Notes under the pieces: model-generated
What the model was told of the DNA's origin: nothing
The model's input: the letters and a program-made list of their open reading frames with translations, nothing else
Databases searched by the model: none
Translations under genes and position numbers: made by a program
Assembly: GCA_002633005.1 (NCBI GenBank)
Contig: NMRA01000503.1
Coordinates: 124,001-188,000, forward strand
Direction: 5' to 3'
DNA length: 64,000 nucleotides
Source of the DNA: Phoronis australis
Lineage: Eukaryota; Animalia; Phoronida
Shown here: positions 41,901-52,400 of the stretch, piece after piece
Numbering within the stretch: position 1 is the stretch's first letter
Layout of the letters: each line of letters starts with the position of its first letter

Positions 41901-44639
41901 CGATTTTTGAAAAACCATCATTTTGGGTCATGCTTCAGGGTGGAACCCTTTGTTTTTACTTTTTAATATGGCAAGAGAGCGTTCCTTCTTAAACATGATA
42001 AAATCATGGACCTGTTGGAGTTCATTGATATTTTCAGTTGGGAGATTCCTGCCGCTAACTTGCGTCGTTCCAGTTTGAAGTTTGTGACTTTGGTTTGACC
42101 TGATTGGGACAGTCATTTCATTTCTTTGTTTATGATATCACTGATAGACTTTTGAATGAATTATCCTGTTTTGTGAAATACTAAAGGCTAATAGACTGAT
42201 TTTTTAGGCAAAAGTCAGAAAACAAATAGATTTTTCAAGAAACAGGTGCCAGGTGAAAGGAAATAGCATGCATTTCATTGGCAGTGAAGAGGGTGCAGTT
42301 TGCATCATTTAGTGGCATTAATCCTTATGCTTTCAGGAAAGAATGAGAAAATATACCAATTTGAAGGTCCATGATAAGATTACACTTAGTATGGTGAGTT
42401 TCGTGTTTTGTTGTAAATGAGCCTGAGTGTGTGTTTGTTTAAAGCTCATGCATTTAACATTGGGTTAGCCAGTACATGGATTAAGGGTTTGGAAGAATCA
42501 TGTTGGTAGTCGCAGGTTCTTAGGAAACTTTATTTGTTGACAAGACACTGAACGGACACAAGGTTAAGTGTTGTTTGTTATCTGTGTACAAAACTCAAAT
42601 GTGCAAGTGTATGAATAATCTTAGATTCAATGTACGACACAATTTTCAGTGAAATATTGTGTTTTGTGCATTACGTATTGTCATTAGTTCGTTACCATTT
42701 GCCGTACTGTTTTGTTAGATAAATGCATTGTATTTAACTTTTAGGGTCGCTTTATCATGGGCAGCAAGCTGGGAAGAACCATAGCCTTCTTCTACACAAT
42801 CTTTCTGCATCTCCTTGTTTTCCTGGTGAGATTTACCTATCCTAATATCTAAAACAATAACTTGTGTTTCAGTCCAGTTCTCCTCATGAAACTCATGCTT
42901 TTGCTTAATGTAAAATCTCATCAATTTAAGACACAATGTGGCCCACAAGGAAAATTTTATTTTTAATTCTCATTTTTTTCATGAAAGATATGTAGCATCC
43001 AATTAATGCTTTACCATAGCTATTAACAGAAAATATTTTGAAAAGTGTGGGCATTCACAACAATGTTAGATGTTGAAAAAATGGTAATTTTGGTAATTAT
43101 TTTTGTCCCCTTTGATGAGATTTTACCGTACTCAGACTCGAAGCAATTTCGTGGTTTTTGAATAAATGACAGTTGGTTACTGCACGGGGCCATGCTCAGC
43201 TTGTAAAATCACATACCTCAATTTTGTAGGGTCTGCTTCGTGAAAAGTGACGCTAGACTTAAGACAGAAGTCTGGGCCTGGGGTCTAATCTCTGTACTCA
43301 AAACTCAAAAATTGACCAATCGCATGTCACACTTCAAGTAAACTTACACAAAGTTGTACTCTAATCATGCATGGTGATTGGTTAGATTCTGAGTCTTAGT
43401 CGAGTCTAAGTCTGAAGATTAAATCCTGGACCCACTTCACAAGTGTCAAATAAAGTTTGTCATGTATTTGTTAGCACAACACTACCTAGAAATAATTCGA
43501 ACAATTTTCTCAATAGGTAGTTAGTCATGGATAAATCCTAAAGTATTTTGTTCTTTTTATTTCTAAAGTTAGTTTTAATTATTTTTCAGAAATAGTTATT
43601 TGGAGGGTATGACCAAATTTCTTTCTTAAGTCTTGAGTTACTTTGCATGAAACAGATGCCTGATGTGTTAACATACTTTGTTTTATTTTAGGTGTTGTAC
43701 AAAGTAGCGTACACAGAATCCTGCCGAAGGGACATGGCAATTGACTACCATCAGAAGTGAGTACAGTGCTCAGGGGCAAAGGAGGGGCATGTAGGGGCAA
43801 TATTGACAAAAATGTGGCCCATAGGCCACATCCACTTCTGTGAACTCCTCTTAAATTCATCTTAGAGTGAGCTCAGCAAGTTGGCAACTTCTACACGGCT
43901 CATGGAAAATAGTGAAAAGATTGCTCAAAGCCACCTACATAGAGTGGCACACTTTTAAAGACATCTAAATTGTTCTTTGGATGTTATAGCGAGTTGAGTT
44001 AGTATTCCAAATTTTCCGTAACTAATTACTGTGAAAACAAAATGATGTTGATTGCTTCTGAGGCTAGTTTCTCAGCCACACACTTCATTTGTGTAACCCC
44101 TTATTAAAGTGGCATTACCATATCAGCTGTGTTGTGTATTGGAGGTCATCCTCAAGTTGTATTTGAACCCACGACCTCAGCAGTCATAGTCTGACATTTT
44201 GGTATTAAAACTAAAAGCCAGTGCTTCAAGTACTGAGCTTTTTAAAAGTATTTAACTGACATGGTCACCAGCTTCGATTGCAGTTATTTCTACAGAATGA
44301 CTGAAGGTCCTACAGAAAGTTAATTAGGTCAAGCCAAAATCGCAAAGATGGAACTGGAATAAATTGACCAATGAGGCAACCCGATCTGTGGCTTCATCAC
44401 GTGTAATTTGGAGCTCTTAACTTGCCGTTCTAAAAATAAAAACAATTATTCCACCCCGAAACATGCACCCAAACTGTGGTTTTCAAATATGACCCTTCAA
44501 CACACATCTGAAAAAGGATACTTCATGTCAACACAGTGTTACAACTGGCTGTTTGTAACACATCTATGTATTTCCTTACAGGTTTGCTGAACACATGCAT
44601 GAAGTACACGGGGACAACAGCTTTGACGTGAAACCATAA
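4953..44639 (+). CDS. CASP: Protein CASP (CUX alternatively spliced product, golgin), 10 shared plus 9 specific exons
   Basis: Shared exons up to 22052 (phase 1) join 34868-35004, 36612-36669, 37772-37869, 38240-38359, 41634-41714, 42337-42393, 42745-42825, 43692-43756, 44582-44639. Total 1944 nt in frame (647 aa plus stop). CASP C-terminal motifs: [40 protein letters not shown] and the TM segment [18 protein letters not shown]. Confidence 0.95.
6898..7024 (+). CDS. CUX1: CUX/CASP shared exon ([42 protein letters not shown])
   Basis: ttttcag|GAT ... CCTG|gtaagt, 127 nt. Confidence 0.95.
11219..11310. repeat. Short palindromic MITE family A, copy 1
   Basis: TAGTCACTTA..GGTCCC..TTTTGAGAACCAG ... 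CTGGTCCTCAAAAT..GGGACCCTGTA; related copies near 17340, 38395 and 63280. Confidence 0.7.
11739..11876 (+). CDS. CUX1: CUX/CASP shared exon (DPVPVLEH...EFAEVKNQ)
   Basis: ttgcag|AC ... CAAG|gtaggc, 138 nt. Confidence 0.95.
12646..12721 (+). pseudogene. tRNA-like sequence (Thr-AGT-like): tRNA pseudogene or SINE head
   Basis: Acceptor-like stem GGTCTCA/TGGGACC, D arm ACTC-AGTGGTCA-GAGT, anticodon loop CT-AGT-AT, T loop TTTGATT, followed by a T run. Mismatches in the anticodon and T stems and a non-canonical T loop. Confidence 0.55.
13272..13339 (+). CDS. CUX1: CUX/CASP shared exon ([23 protein letters not shown])
   Basis: tttgtag|AA ... CAG|gtaatg, 68 nt; not in the ORF track. Confidence 0.93.
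14099..14231 (+). CDS. CUX1: CUX/CASP shared exon ([18 protein letters not shown]...)
   Basis: attcag|TCG ... ACAG|gtgagt, 133 nt. Confidence 0.93.
15197..15263 (+). CDS. CUX1: CUX/CASP shared exon ([23 protein letters not shown])
   Basis: ttacag|CA ... GCAAA|gtaagt, 67 nt. Confidence 0.93.
16139..16187 (+). CDS. CUX1: CUX/CASP shared exon ([16 protein letters not shown])
   Basis: tttttag|G ... GAG|gtaaga, 49 nt. Confidence 0.93.
16600..16770 (+). CDS. CUX1: CUX/CASP shared exon ([10 protein letters not shown]...[27 protein letters not shown])
   Basis: tttatag|AGA ... GAG|gtaaat, 171 nt. Confidence 0.94.
17336..17438. repeat. Short palindromic MITE family A, copy 2
   Basis: TAGTCACTT...ATTTTGAGATCCAGTTT ... 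AAACTGCTTCTCAAAAT...GTAAGTGA. Confidence 0.65.
21133..21314 (+). CDS. CUX1: CUX/CASP shared exon ([12 protein letters not shown]...DYDEIKREL)
   Basis: tttgcag|GTG ... CTCGC|gtatgt, 182 nt. Confidence 0.94.
21910..22052 (+). CDS. CUX1: Last shared CUX/CASP exon (VLKSIEY...[27 protein letters not shown])
   Basis: atacag|G ... GCAG|gtatga, 143 nt; its phase-1 donor is compatible with both the 22796 and 34868 acceptors. Confidence 0.94.
22147..22168 (+). repeat. (TG)11 microsatellite
   Basis: Read directly from the sequence. Confidence 0.95.
22796..23302 (+). CDS. CUX1: CUX-specific exon with CUT repeat 1
   Basis: tttgtag|GG ... AAAG|gtttgt; [44 protein letters not shown]. Confidence 0.93.
23608..23723 (+). 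CDS. CUX1: CUX-specific exon (…[16 protein letters not shown]…)
   Basis: caatag|GA ... CAG|gtaaaa, 116 nt; bridges phase 1 to phase 0. Confidence 0.88.
25672..26554 (+). CDS. CUX1: CUX-specific exon with CUT repeat 2
   Basis: ttctag|ATG ... CCTA|gtgagt, 883 nt; [43 protein letters not shown]. Confidence 0.94.
27421..27792 (+). CDS. CUX1: CUX-specific exon with CUT repeat 3
   Basis: ttgcag|GT ... AAAG|gtttgt, 372 nt; [41 protein letters not shown]. Confidence 0.94.
29046..29938 (+). CDS. CUX1: CUX terminal exon with homeodomain
   Basis: tttcag|CT; [19 protein letters not shown]...[12 protein letters not shown]; ends DEWEF-TAA. Confidence 0.95.
31172..31177 (+). terminator. Candidate poly(A) signal of the CUX isoform (3'UTR about 1.25 kb)
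   Basis: AATAAA at the end of a T-rich stretch after the CUX stop, followed by GT/T-rich sequence. An ATTAAA near 30539 is an alternative. Confidence 0.5.
31688..34510 (-). mobile_element. 5'-truncated, decayed non-LTR retrotransposon (LINE, CR1/L2-like group) with APE endonuclease and reverse transcriptase
   Basis: Fragmented minus-strand ORFs. Endonuclease motifs [37 protein letters not shown]; RT motifs [41 protein letters not shown]. (TAA)n/AATAAA-like 3' tail near 31688-31712; many stops and frameshifts. Confidence 0.93.
34868..35004 (+). CDS. CASP: First CASP-specific exon ([10 protein letters not shown]...[12 protein letters not shown]...FRGDAE)
   Basis: aattag|GT ... GAG|gtaggt, 137 nt; phase-1 start. 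Confidence 0.92.
36612..36669 (+). CDS. CASP: CASP-specific exon ([19 protein letters not shown])
   Basis: gcacag|GGT ... CCAA|gtaagt, 58 nt; supplies the required phase 0 to 1 shift; weakly conserved sequence. Confidence 0.8.
37772..37869 (+). CDS. CASP: CASP-specific exon (…[24 protein letters not shown])
   Basis: ttccag|CT ... GTG|gtttgt, 98 nt. Confidence 0.92.
38240..38359 (+). CDS. CASP: CASP-specific exon (…[26 protein letters not shown])
   Basis: tttcag|CAA ... AAG|gtatat, 120 nt. Confidence 0.94.
38391..38493. repeat. Short palindromic MITE family A, copy 3
   Basis: CAGTCACTTA...ATTTTGAGAACCAGTTT ... AAACTGGTTCTCAAAAT..CTGTAATTGACT. Confidence 0.7.
39476..40099. mobile_element. 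MITE-like element
   Basis: Imperfect ~30-bp TIRs CATAGAACTCTGG..CCATGGAATGCCAACTC / GAGTTGGCATTCCAGGGCTAGAGTTCTGTG. Confidence 0.5.
40331..40622. mobile_element. MITE family B, copy 1
   Basis: Imperfect TIRs GGCCTGTTTCATGAAAAG / TTTTACGGAACAGACC; internal sequence shared with 43229-43661. Confidence 0.6.
41634..41714 (+). CDS. CASP: CASP-specific exon ([27 protein letters not shown])
   Basis: ttgcag|AGT ... AAG|gtaaat, 81 nt. Confidence 0.94.
42337..42393 (+). CDS. CASP: CASP-specific exon ([19 protein letters not shown])
   Basis: tttcag|GAA ... ATG|gtgagt, 57 nt. Confidence 0.93.
42745..42825 (+). CDS. CASP: CASP-specific exon, transmembrane segment ([27 protein letters not shown])
   Basis: ttttag|GGT ... 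CTG|gtgaga, 81 nt; keeps the Tyr and His typical of CASP/golgin-84/giantin TM domains. Confidence 0.95.
43229..43661. mobile_element. MITE family B, copy 2, with a probable nested insertion at about 43274-43433
   Basis: GGTCTGCTTCGTGAAAAG ... CTTTGCATGAAACAGA. Shares TTATTTTTCAGAAATAGTTAT and other internal blocks with 40331-40622. The extra segment is bounded by GGGCCTGGGGTCTAATCT / AGATTAAATCCTGGACCC. Confidence 0.6.
43692..43756 (+). CDS. CASP: CASP-specific exon ([22 protein letters not shown])
   Basis: ttttag|GTG ... CAGAA|gtgagt, 65 nt. Confidence 0.93.
44582..44639 (+). CDS. CASP: CASP terminal coding exon ([18 protein letters not shown])
   Basis: ttacag|G TTT GCT GAA CAC ... TAA; F-A-[DE]-H motif of the CASP lumenal tail. 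Confidence 0.92.
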
Positions 44640-44642
44640 CAC

Positions 44643-45506
44643 ATGCTGCTACTGATACAGTAAAATCTCACCACTTTTGGACAAAGATATTCCATTTTTT
44701 CATTATTCAAAGGTTTCAAACTCGTGAACGCCCACAATTTTTCACAATATTGCCTGGTGGTTGCTATGGTATATAGTGTGAATATGGAAAAGCGTCAACA
44801 TAGTTCTGCATATCTTTTATGGAAAAATGACTAAGTGAAATTTCACTTGTCAAAAAGACTGTCCTGAAATGGTGGGAATTTATCGTAATATTTGATATGA
44901 AACCTTACACATGCTTGAAATGATGTTTGGGTATTTAAAAAAATGGTGTTCCAGCAAAATCTGTATGGGAGGGGGGGGAAGGCACTTTTATTTCGTACCC
45001 ACCGCCCATATTTTTCATTTATTTCTCCAACCCATGACCCATAATTTTTTAATTATTTTTAATAGGTTGAAACATAAAATCCAACACTTGCAAACAAATC
45101 GCCTCCAGGAGGACCTGTTAAGAACTTAGATGATTGACAGATAAGAACTAGTTGTCTTGTCCAATATTGTCAAAAACTAAAGTAGCCTNATGCTGCTACT
45201 GATACAGTAAAATCTCACCACTTTTGGACAAAGATATTCCATTTTTTCATTATTCAAAGGTTTCAAACTCGTGAACGCCCACAATTTTTCACAATATTGC
45301 CTGGTGGTTGCTATGGTATATAGTGTGAATATGGAAAAGCATCAACATAGTTCTGCATATCTTTTATGGAAAAATGACTAAGTGAAATTTCAATTGTCAA
45401 AAAGACTGTCCTGAAATGGTGGTAATTTATCGTAATATTTGATATGAAACCTTACACATGCTGGAAATGATACATTAAATGTTTGGGTATTTAAAAAAAT
45501 GGTGTC
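44643..45506 (+). repeat. ~310-bp direct duplication in the CASP 3'UTR (44643-44950 and 45190-45506) across a single N
   Basis: ATGCTGCTACTGATACAGTAAAATCTC... occurs twice; the second copy starts immediately after N at 45189; a few SNPs and a 9-bp indel. Confidence 0.9.
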
Positions 45507-46273
45507 ATATTTGTGCTTATGTCAACTATATATTTTTGACCCAATGTCCAACTCTTGGCAAAATGCACTGGTTTTAAGTTTTGCTGGTCTTCTTGCTTTA
45601 AATATTTTACCCAATTTCATTCATACTTCTTCCTGTTTACAGTTTGGTTTATTTATCTCAACATGTGTGCTTTTGTCTGGAATTGTAATGTTCTAGGGCT
45701 ATGTTGGTGGCATTTTTTCAGTAAATTTCTGACTGGATTTAGTTTGTTTATTGTTTAATATGTTGTGTATGTAATGTAATTGGTGCTGTGGCAAGGTAAC
45801 TGTAGTACTTAGCTATTATAGCCCGGGGCTATGTTGGCGTATGTAAATGTCAGGGCTCACAATGACACACTGATTACATCAATTTCATCTGCAAATGTTA
45901 TAGGAAGGGTGATATGGTTACTTGTGCTTTTCATTAACTGCAGGAATGTACAGATACCAACTTTGTAGCAATGGTAACAATCTTAACTGAGAGCGATGCA
46001 CATTTCGTCTCGTGTCTAGTTAAAAGGTTTTAAAATTCATAAACAATTGTTTTCTTGTACTGCATCAAACTGTGTTTGAAGCAACTCATTAGAATTTTAT
46101 TTCAGGTAATAAAGCACCGATATTACTGTTGCATTAAAACGGTCCTTTTTCTATTATCTTTGCACAACTTTCACAACTCCAACACTGGACAGTTTTTAAG
46201 AACGTATTTTTTCTCTAGACTGTTCTTGTGTGGCACCACGTAAATGCACGTCTGTGCCCGTCTTCAGAGCAAA

Positions 46274-46465
46274 TCACGACAGCTCAAATCCTGTGTTACT
46301 GCTAATGGCATAACGTAATTTGTCTCTGAGTGTTGATCTTTTCTGATAGTTAGGTAGCTTCAGTAGATTGAAACATGTGGATGACGTTGGCAGACGGCCA
46401 ACAGGCTCCTTCTTACTCAGGCGAAAAAATCCTTTCAGTACACTGCCAACGGTGTCGCCTGTATC
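46274..46465 (-). CDS. UBE3B: UBE3B last exon with catalytic Cys ([17 protein letters not shown]...GFELS*)
   Basis: ctgtag|GAT ... TGA on the minus strand, 192 nt. Confidence 0.96.
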   Translation of the reverse strand, partial: DTGDTVGSVLKGFFRLSKKEPVGRLPTSSTCFNLLKLPNYQKRSTLRDKLRYAISSNTGFELS

Positions 46466-49400
46466 CTACAGTAAACGAGAAATGTTGACTTTGGTTTGCA
46501 CGACAATGTAGTTGAGCAAATATTTTGACCTAAAATAGCTGACATATAAGAGATTTTAATCCTAAAACATTTCAAGATACCAACTACAGAACTTCTAAGA
46601 ATATATGAGCCTTTTCGATAAAATTTTGATAACCTTAAATGTTGCTTGGTGACGCTCAACGGTAGTGAAGGACAACTAAATGACTTGAGAGGTTTGTTCA
46701 ATGAACAATCCACGCAGTTACTGATGACTGATGAACAACTTGAAGAAAAACACTGGCTATTGCTCATCAGCTATTAAATTGTATTTGAATTAAAACAATC
46801 AAAACAGAATTACCCCTTTATGAATATGCCGTTATAACTCTACGATGTCAAAGTGAGACAACTCTTATGCCCCATCTGTTGGTCACATCATGTAGCCTAT
46901 ATTCACTTTCAAATGGGGCCTAAATTTGGGTCTTCTTGCAATATTTTAAAAATTCAAGAGTGACTGCGACAAAACATTTTCAGACTTGAAATATGAAATT
47001 ACCAATAGATAGTGAGTCGGAGAATTGTTACAGTTATACGATCTACCGAAATGACCTAAACATAATTACCTGTTCTTCGCTGACCTCAACACATCGTATT
47101 GAAAAGGGTGGCTCCATGTGAGTGAATCCAAGCAAGGGTGGTTTGGAACAGCTGGTAACAAACTGTAATAAGATGTTACACTGCTGGTCAACTTTGTACA
47201 AAGAAATGGCTATCTTTGTGACATTGTATTTTAAATAGGGTTATGTGTGCTGCCATCTAGTGACCTCAACCAAATGAATGAACTTGGTGTTGTAATTTGT
47301 ACCCCAGGTGAAGCGACATCCACTGTGGGACGGACATAACCCAAGGCCTTGTCCTATTTCTTGGATCCTCAGTTCACAGTATTTGTTGGGGGAGGGGATG
47401 ATTTTGTTCCCTTGACAGTTACTTCTTTGTCTCATAAACCATTCTAATATTTTTTTCTAGTTCCTGACAAACCAAGATGCAAGCAAATACATTGATTTTT
47501 ATAGAGAGAACATGACTGAATATTTATACAACACTCACTTTAAGAAAAAGCCGCCTTTCTTCTTTTGAGAAATCTTTTTGCAATACTTCCCACAACCACT
47601 GTATCACTTTGTGACCGCTATAAAACCCACCATAGTATTGAGTGTGCTTTCTGAAACAAAAATGAGCTCAGATAACTCACAACTGCTTGGAAATCAAAAT
47701 TGTAAATATTCAAATCAACAGCAATTTGTTCTTGGAATTGGTACTGTACCCATATATCACTGGACTGTGACTGTTAGTATCTGATATGCTAACTGCATTT
47801 ACAAGGAGTTTACAAAATGTCCAGACGTACTTCATTCCCTCACAGGACCTCGATTTCTTGTCGAAGAAATTCAATTTCTGAACCAAAAATTTTGTGTGAT
47901 ATCAGCATGTGTCCTTGGGAATCTTAAATCAAATTATGCCAAGCGTTCATGCCACATTTAATTGCGCAAATACCTTTCAGGACAGGCAGTTACATATAAA
48001 GTGACATTAAAAACTTGGGCCTTAAAGGCAGGCCTACTCCAATCATAACATTTGTAACCTGTTTTGACTGTCATTTTATAACCAACTTCAACCAATATAA
48101 CCTTACTTGAGATCCTCGATGTCAATATCAACGTTATCACCCGATATCAATTTTTGAAGTTCTGGCCCAGAGAATGTGGCCAACCAATCAGAGTTGACGA
48201 TGCTCTTAAAGCCACGGATAAATGATGTAGTCTGGGCTTTAATCTGCTTATACATTTTAAAGATGGCCATATGGTGAACATAGCTTATTCTGAAAAACAA
48301 TTAGGGAATTATTTAGTGCCAGGTAATAGTCTGCTATGCATAAATTATCTGGTCAATGAAAATGGTACAGTTGTTAGAAGTACACATGTTTAGGCTACCT
48401 GAACAACATGGCTACCACACTCGTACTCACTAAAAACAAAACTCACAGACCCAATAAATTCAATTCAATGATTCGCAGACTCATGCCCAGATTCACAAAC
48501 ACGATTCACTGACTGCCAAGCTTGGTGGCTGACTCACAAAATACAGCTTACACTCCCACTCACCCTCAGATTCACAAACACGCTGCACGAACTCCATGTC
48601 TATGAGCATTATTGGGAGGTCAGTGGCCCACATTTATGAGATGAAGTGTGTTTTTATGGGTACGTAAGCCATGCTTTGTGAATCCACCACTACGCTTGGA
48701 AGTTGGTGAGATGTCTTCGTGAGTGGGTGAACTAATTAACTTCTGATTCAAAGTCATGTTTCTAAGTGAGCAACTATGTTGATGAGTGCAACAGCCATTT
48801 TATTCAGGTACCCTGATCAGGTACCCTGATGTTAAACTGTACTTCATTTCCAACCAGTGACTTTGAATGAATGCATGAAATTGTTGGGATCTGAATAGAA
48901 CAAACTTCAGTTGTGCTACAGTAAACTAATTTAGTTAAGTATGCGTTTACAAAATGTTCATAGAAATTATAGATTCCCCTTAAATTCTGATATAGAAGAT
49001 GGGGTGGGGCTCACAGACAGTATTAACATCAAATCTCAACTTAGGAGACAATATGGCGGACAAGTGACATAGTTATACTTTTTATGTTTTTCATATAAGA
49101 TAAAAAACACCAAGTAGATGAGTAAAAATTATCATTTTCAAGTTAAATACATACATGTACCTATCAGACAGCATATTTAGAAATTCACAACAATGTTTGA
49201 AGCTTTTGAAAATCAAAAAAGACAATTTTGGCAATTATTTACATCTGAATAAGGTGAAACTTTCACATTATCTTAAACCGTCTCAATCTTATTTTATCAC
49301 AATTTCAAGTTACAAATTTTTGGGCCCCACCAAAAGCAAACACAGACTCGCTTTAACAATCTGAAGACAAAAACACCCTCAGTAGATGTCAATCAGAGGT

Positions 49401-52400
49401 CAATCGAGATTAACAGCAATTCTTCACTTATTTTGCACAAAAATAATTTCCAAAATTGTCGCTTTTCTTCTATTTTTAAAAGGCTTGTTGAAACTTCACC
49501 TAACGTTGTATTGTAACATCTCCTCAGCACAAACCAAGTTGATAATAATAAACTAAAATTTCCTTAATCTATATTTTCCTTGAGAATTTCAAGACAATAA
49601 AATTTCACTTGTCCACCATAATGCATGCTAAGTAGTGAAGACTTGCCATAGGCTACTTTGGACCAGTACGTCACTATATGGTTTTCCTAATGCCATAATA
49701 CTCAGTATTAACCTACTTGTTTTCATCTGTGACCTGCACAGCTTTCCCTCCCGGTATTAGCTCGTGAGTGACCACCTTTCCAAAAATGTCCTCATCCCAA
49801 GCAAATGTGAGTTCCAAATCTCGGATGTCTCCTTCATAATGCTGAAACAACCATCAGTGACAACTGGTTCACAACTAAACATCGTTCTATCTTCATCTCG
49901 AAATGATTATAGAACCGGTTAAACAATTTTTTTGTGCTAACAAGTTTCACCTGTATTATATTTCATTCTGCAATGGACTAAGAAAATAAGGCCAGCTTGT
50001 CCTGTTTCCACTTACTCTGCTGATTTCTGAAATGGATTTTAAATATTGCGTTATATTTTTCAAAGTCAGGGTGTTCTCATTTTCTTTGAAAAATACCTTT
50101 TGTTTTTACAACAGAAAAAATCGGCTTGCAAATAAAAAATCTTTTGAATGGCACACACATTTCACGGTTACTTGGGTGAGGAGAAACACACTTTACTCTA
50201 AGTAAGACCTTACCTTAACGTATGTCAAACTTTTGTATAATTCTGGATCCAAAGATGGCAGTTCATCCATGTAGCTGTAGTGGGCTCCCTGTCTGTTACC
50301 CAACATCTGTGTTAAAAAGAATGGCGCGAAGGGCACATCTACCACAATACCCTGGAAAACAAGAACACTACATTGTGAGGTTGATACTCTACCAATGAAA
50401 GTTGTCAACAAGAACAGTGCAATGAACGATAACAAAAACAAAAGCAAAGCCATTCAGTATCAACCTAAGTCTGGCGATATTTTGGAACATTCTGTGAACA
50501 ATGCAGAAACTCAGTGATTAAAAGGTAAATACAAACCCAGTAGGAAGGTACCAGCCTCAACAATTTCTCTTTGACTTGTCCTCCAATGATGCTAAAAACC
50601 TAGCCATATTACATTTTATTCATTTCATGTTCCTTAACCATGAATGTAGTCCATCAACTGTTCTCTTGCAAAGCGTACAACACTGTCAATATTTAAACAC
50701 ATTTGAAAACTAAGTTAATCTCAAATACCTCAATCTGCACCAATCCTTATATCCACCACCCTCCCAACATCATGCTACATTAATCTCATACACTCTTTAC
50801 CCAACGTCCTCTCCCATCCTACTACAACTATTTACACAACATCCACCAATGTCCTGTTATACCAGTCTAACCTACCACATCCTCATATAACGCTTCACCC
50901 ACCACCCTCCCAACACCGTGCTGAACCAATCTCCCAAAACTCTACCAAATGCCCTCCTGCTATATCAACATCCCACAACTCTTTCACCCAATGACCTCCC
51001 ATCAACTTCATATAACTCTTTCCACATGCAACATCGTCATGACACCCACATATATCACTCTCACACACCTCTTCACCCACCATCCTCACATCATCCTGTT
51101 CCACTAACCTCGTACACCGCTTTACCCAACATCCTGCCAACAAACTCAAACAACTGCAGATGGTTCTCCTGCAGGTGAGACAGTGGGGAGGGATACAGTT
51201 GATTTTCCCCTGTCATCTGAAAATGTTGACAAGCATAAGCATGTGAATACAATGCGAATAATATTAGTAATATTCATAAAACCAATAAATCTCAACGACG
51301 GAATACATTTCATAATTCAAGTAATACCATATCGCACTTTGTGTGAAGATTTGAAACAGTATTAAATTGAATGTGCTTTTTGTAAAGAATAAATTTTGAT
51401 TAGGCCATTTATCATTGTAATATTAATCTTATTACTTGGCGGAATTCTTCCGCCAAGTGTGTTTTTTTTTTTTAAATGCAGGCGGTCTGATACACGTTGT
51501 ACCAGACGTGCGCAGGCCTCGCATGTGGGCCCATTGCACTGATCACCTGGAAATATTTTTATGCTTTATTAAGTATGTTGGCCTGACAGCAAGTTTTTTT
51601 TTTTGTTTGTTCGTACTCTACAGGTCGCAATTTTCGTCAGATTTTCACGAAATTTTCACACGACGTGTAGATCGGAAAGTCCTGGAAGCCTATTGTTTTT
51701 GGTCATGATCGAATACAAAATGGCGGATGTGGCGGCCATTTTGTATCCGATTTCACCGTCAAATACTCCTAGAGGCCGCATTTTTCGACGTACATGAATG
51801 AAAATCGGAACGATTATACTAGAACGCATGAGCTACAACTGTGCAGAAAATCGTTGACTTCCGGTTAAAGATGGCGGAAATATTGGACGTGGCGCAAGCA
51901 CACCCCGAAATATGGCCAAAAACGTTTTCTCCTGTAGAGGGCGCATTTGCAAACCAATCACTTTCAAACTGGTCATGTGTTTGTTGAGTTTAATAAGCTT
52001 TTATAAAAATTATTGAACCGGAAGTCACTTGCAAGATGGCAGCTGTAGCGCATGTTCACACGGTTTCAATCGTTCTGGTGTCGCATTTTTAACGTGAATT
52101 TTTGCATGTGGATTCCTTGAAGTATGGCCTTTCAAAAAGTCTGCGAGAGCGTCTTTCTCAGACTTACCGTTTTCGAGTTATTTGACTTTGAATTTCAAAA
52201 AAACGGCAAATTTTCAATTTTCTCGAAAATTTTTTGGATGTTTGCCAAACTACCACTTTAGATAGAGTTTTGAACGGGCTTTCAGAAGATATTTTCGATT
52301 TTGCGCTACAACGTCTACGTTTTGAATTATTCGAGATTTTCGGATACCGTTGTTCCTTCAGTCACCTACGCAATTACGCAGCTGGCTGGCTTTCAGTTCA

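Noticed and set aside
48408-48797. Loose inverted-repeat region (ATGGCTACCACACTC ... GAGTGCAACAGCCAT with GATTCAC/GTGAATC blocks)
   Set aside because: Possibly an old MITE, but too degenerate to define termini or a target duplication by eye.
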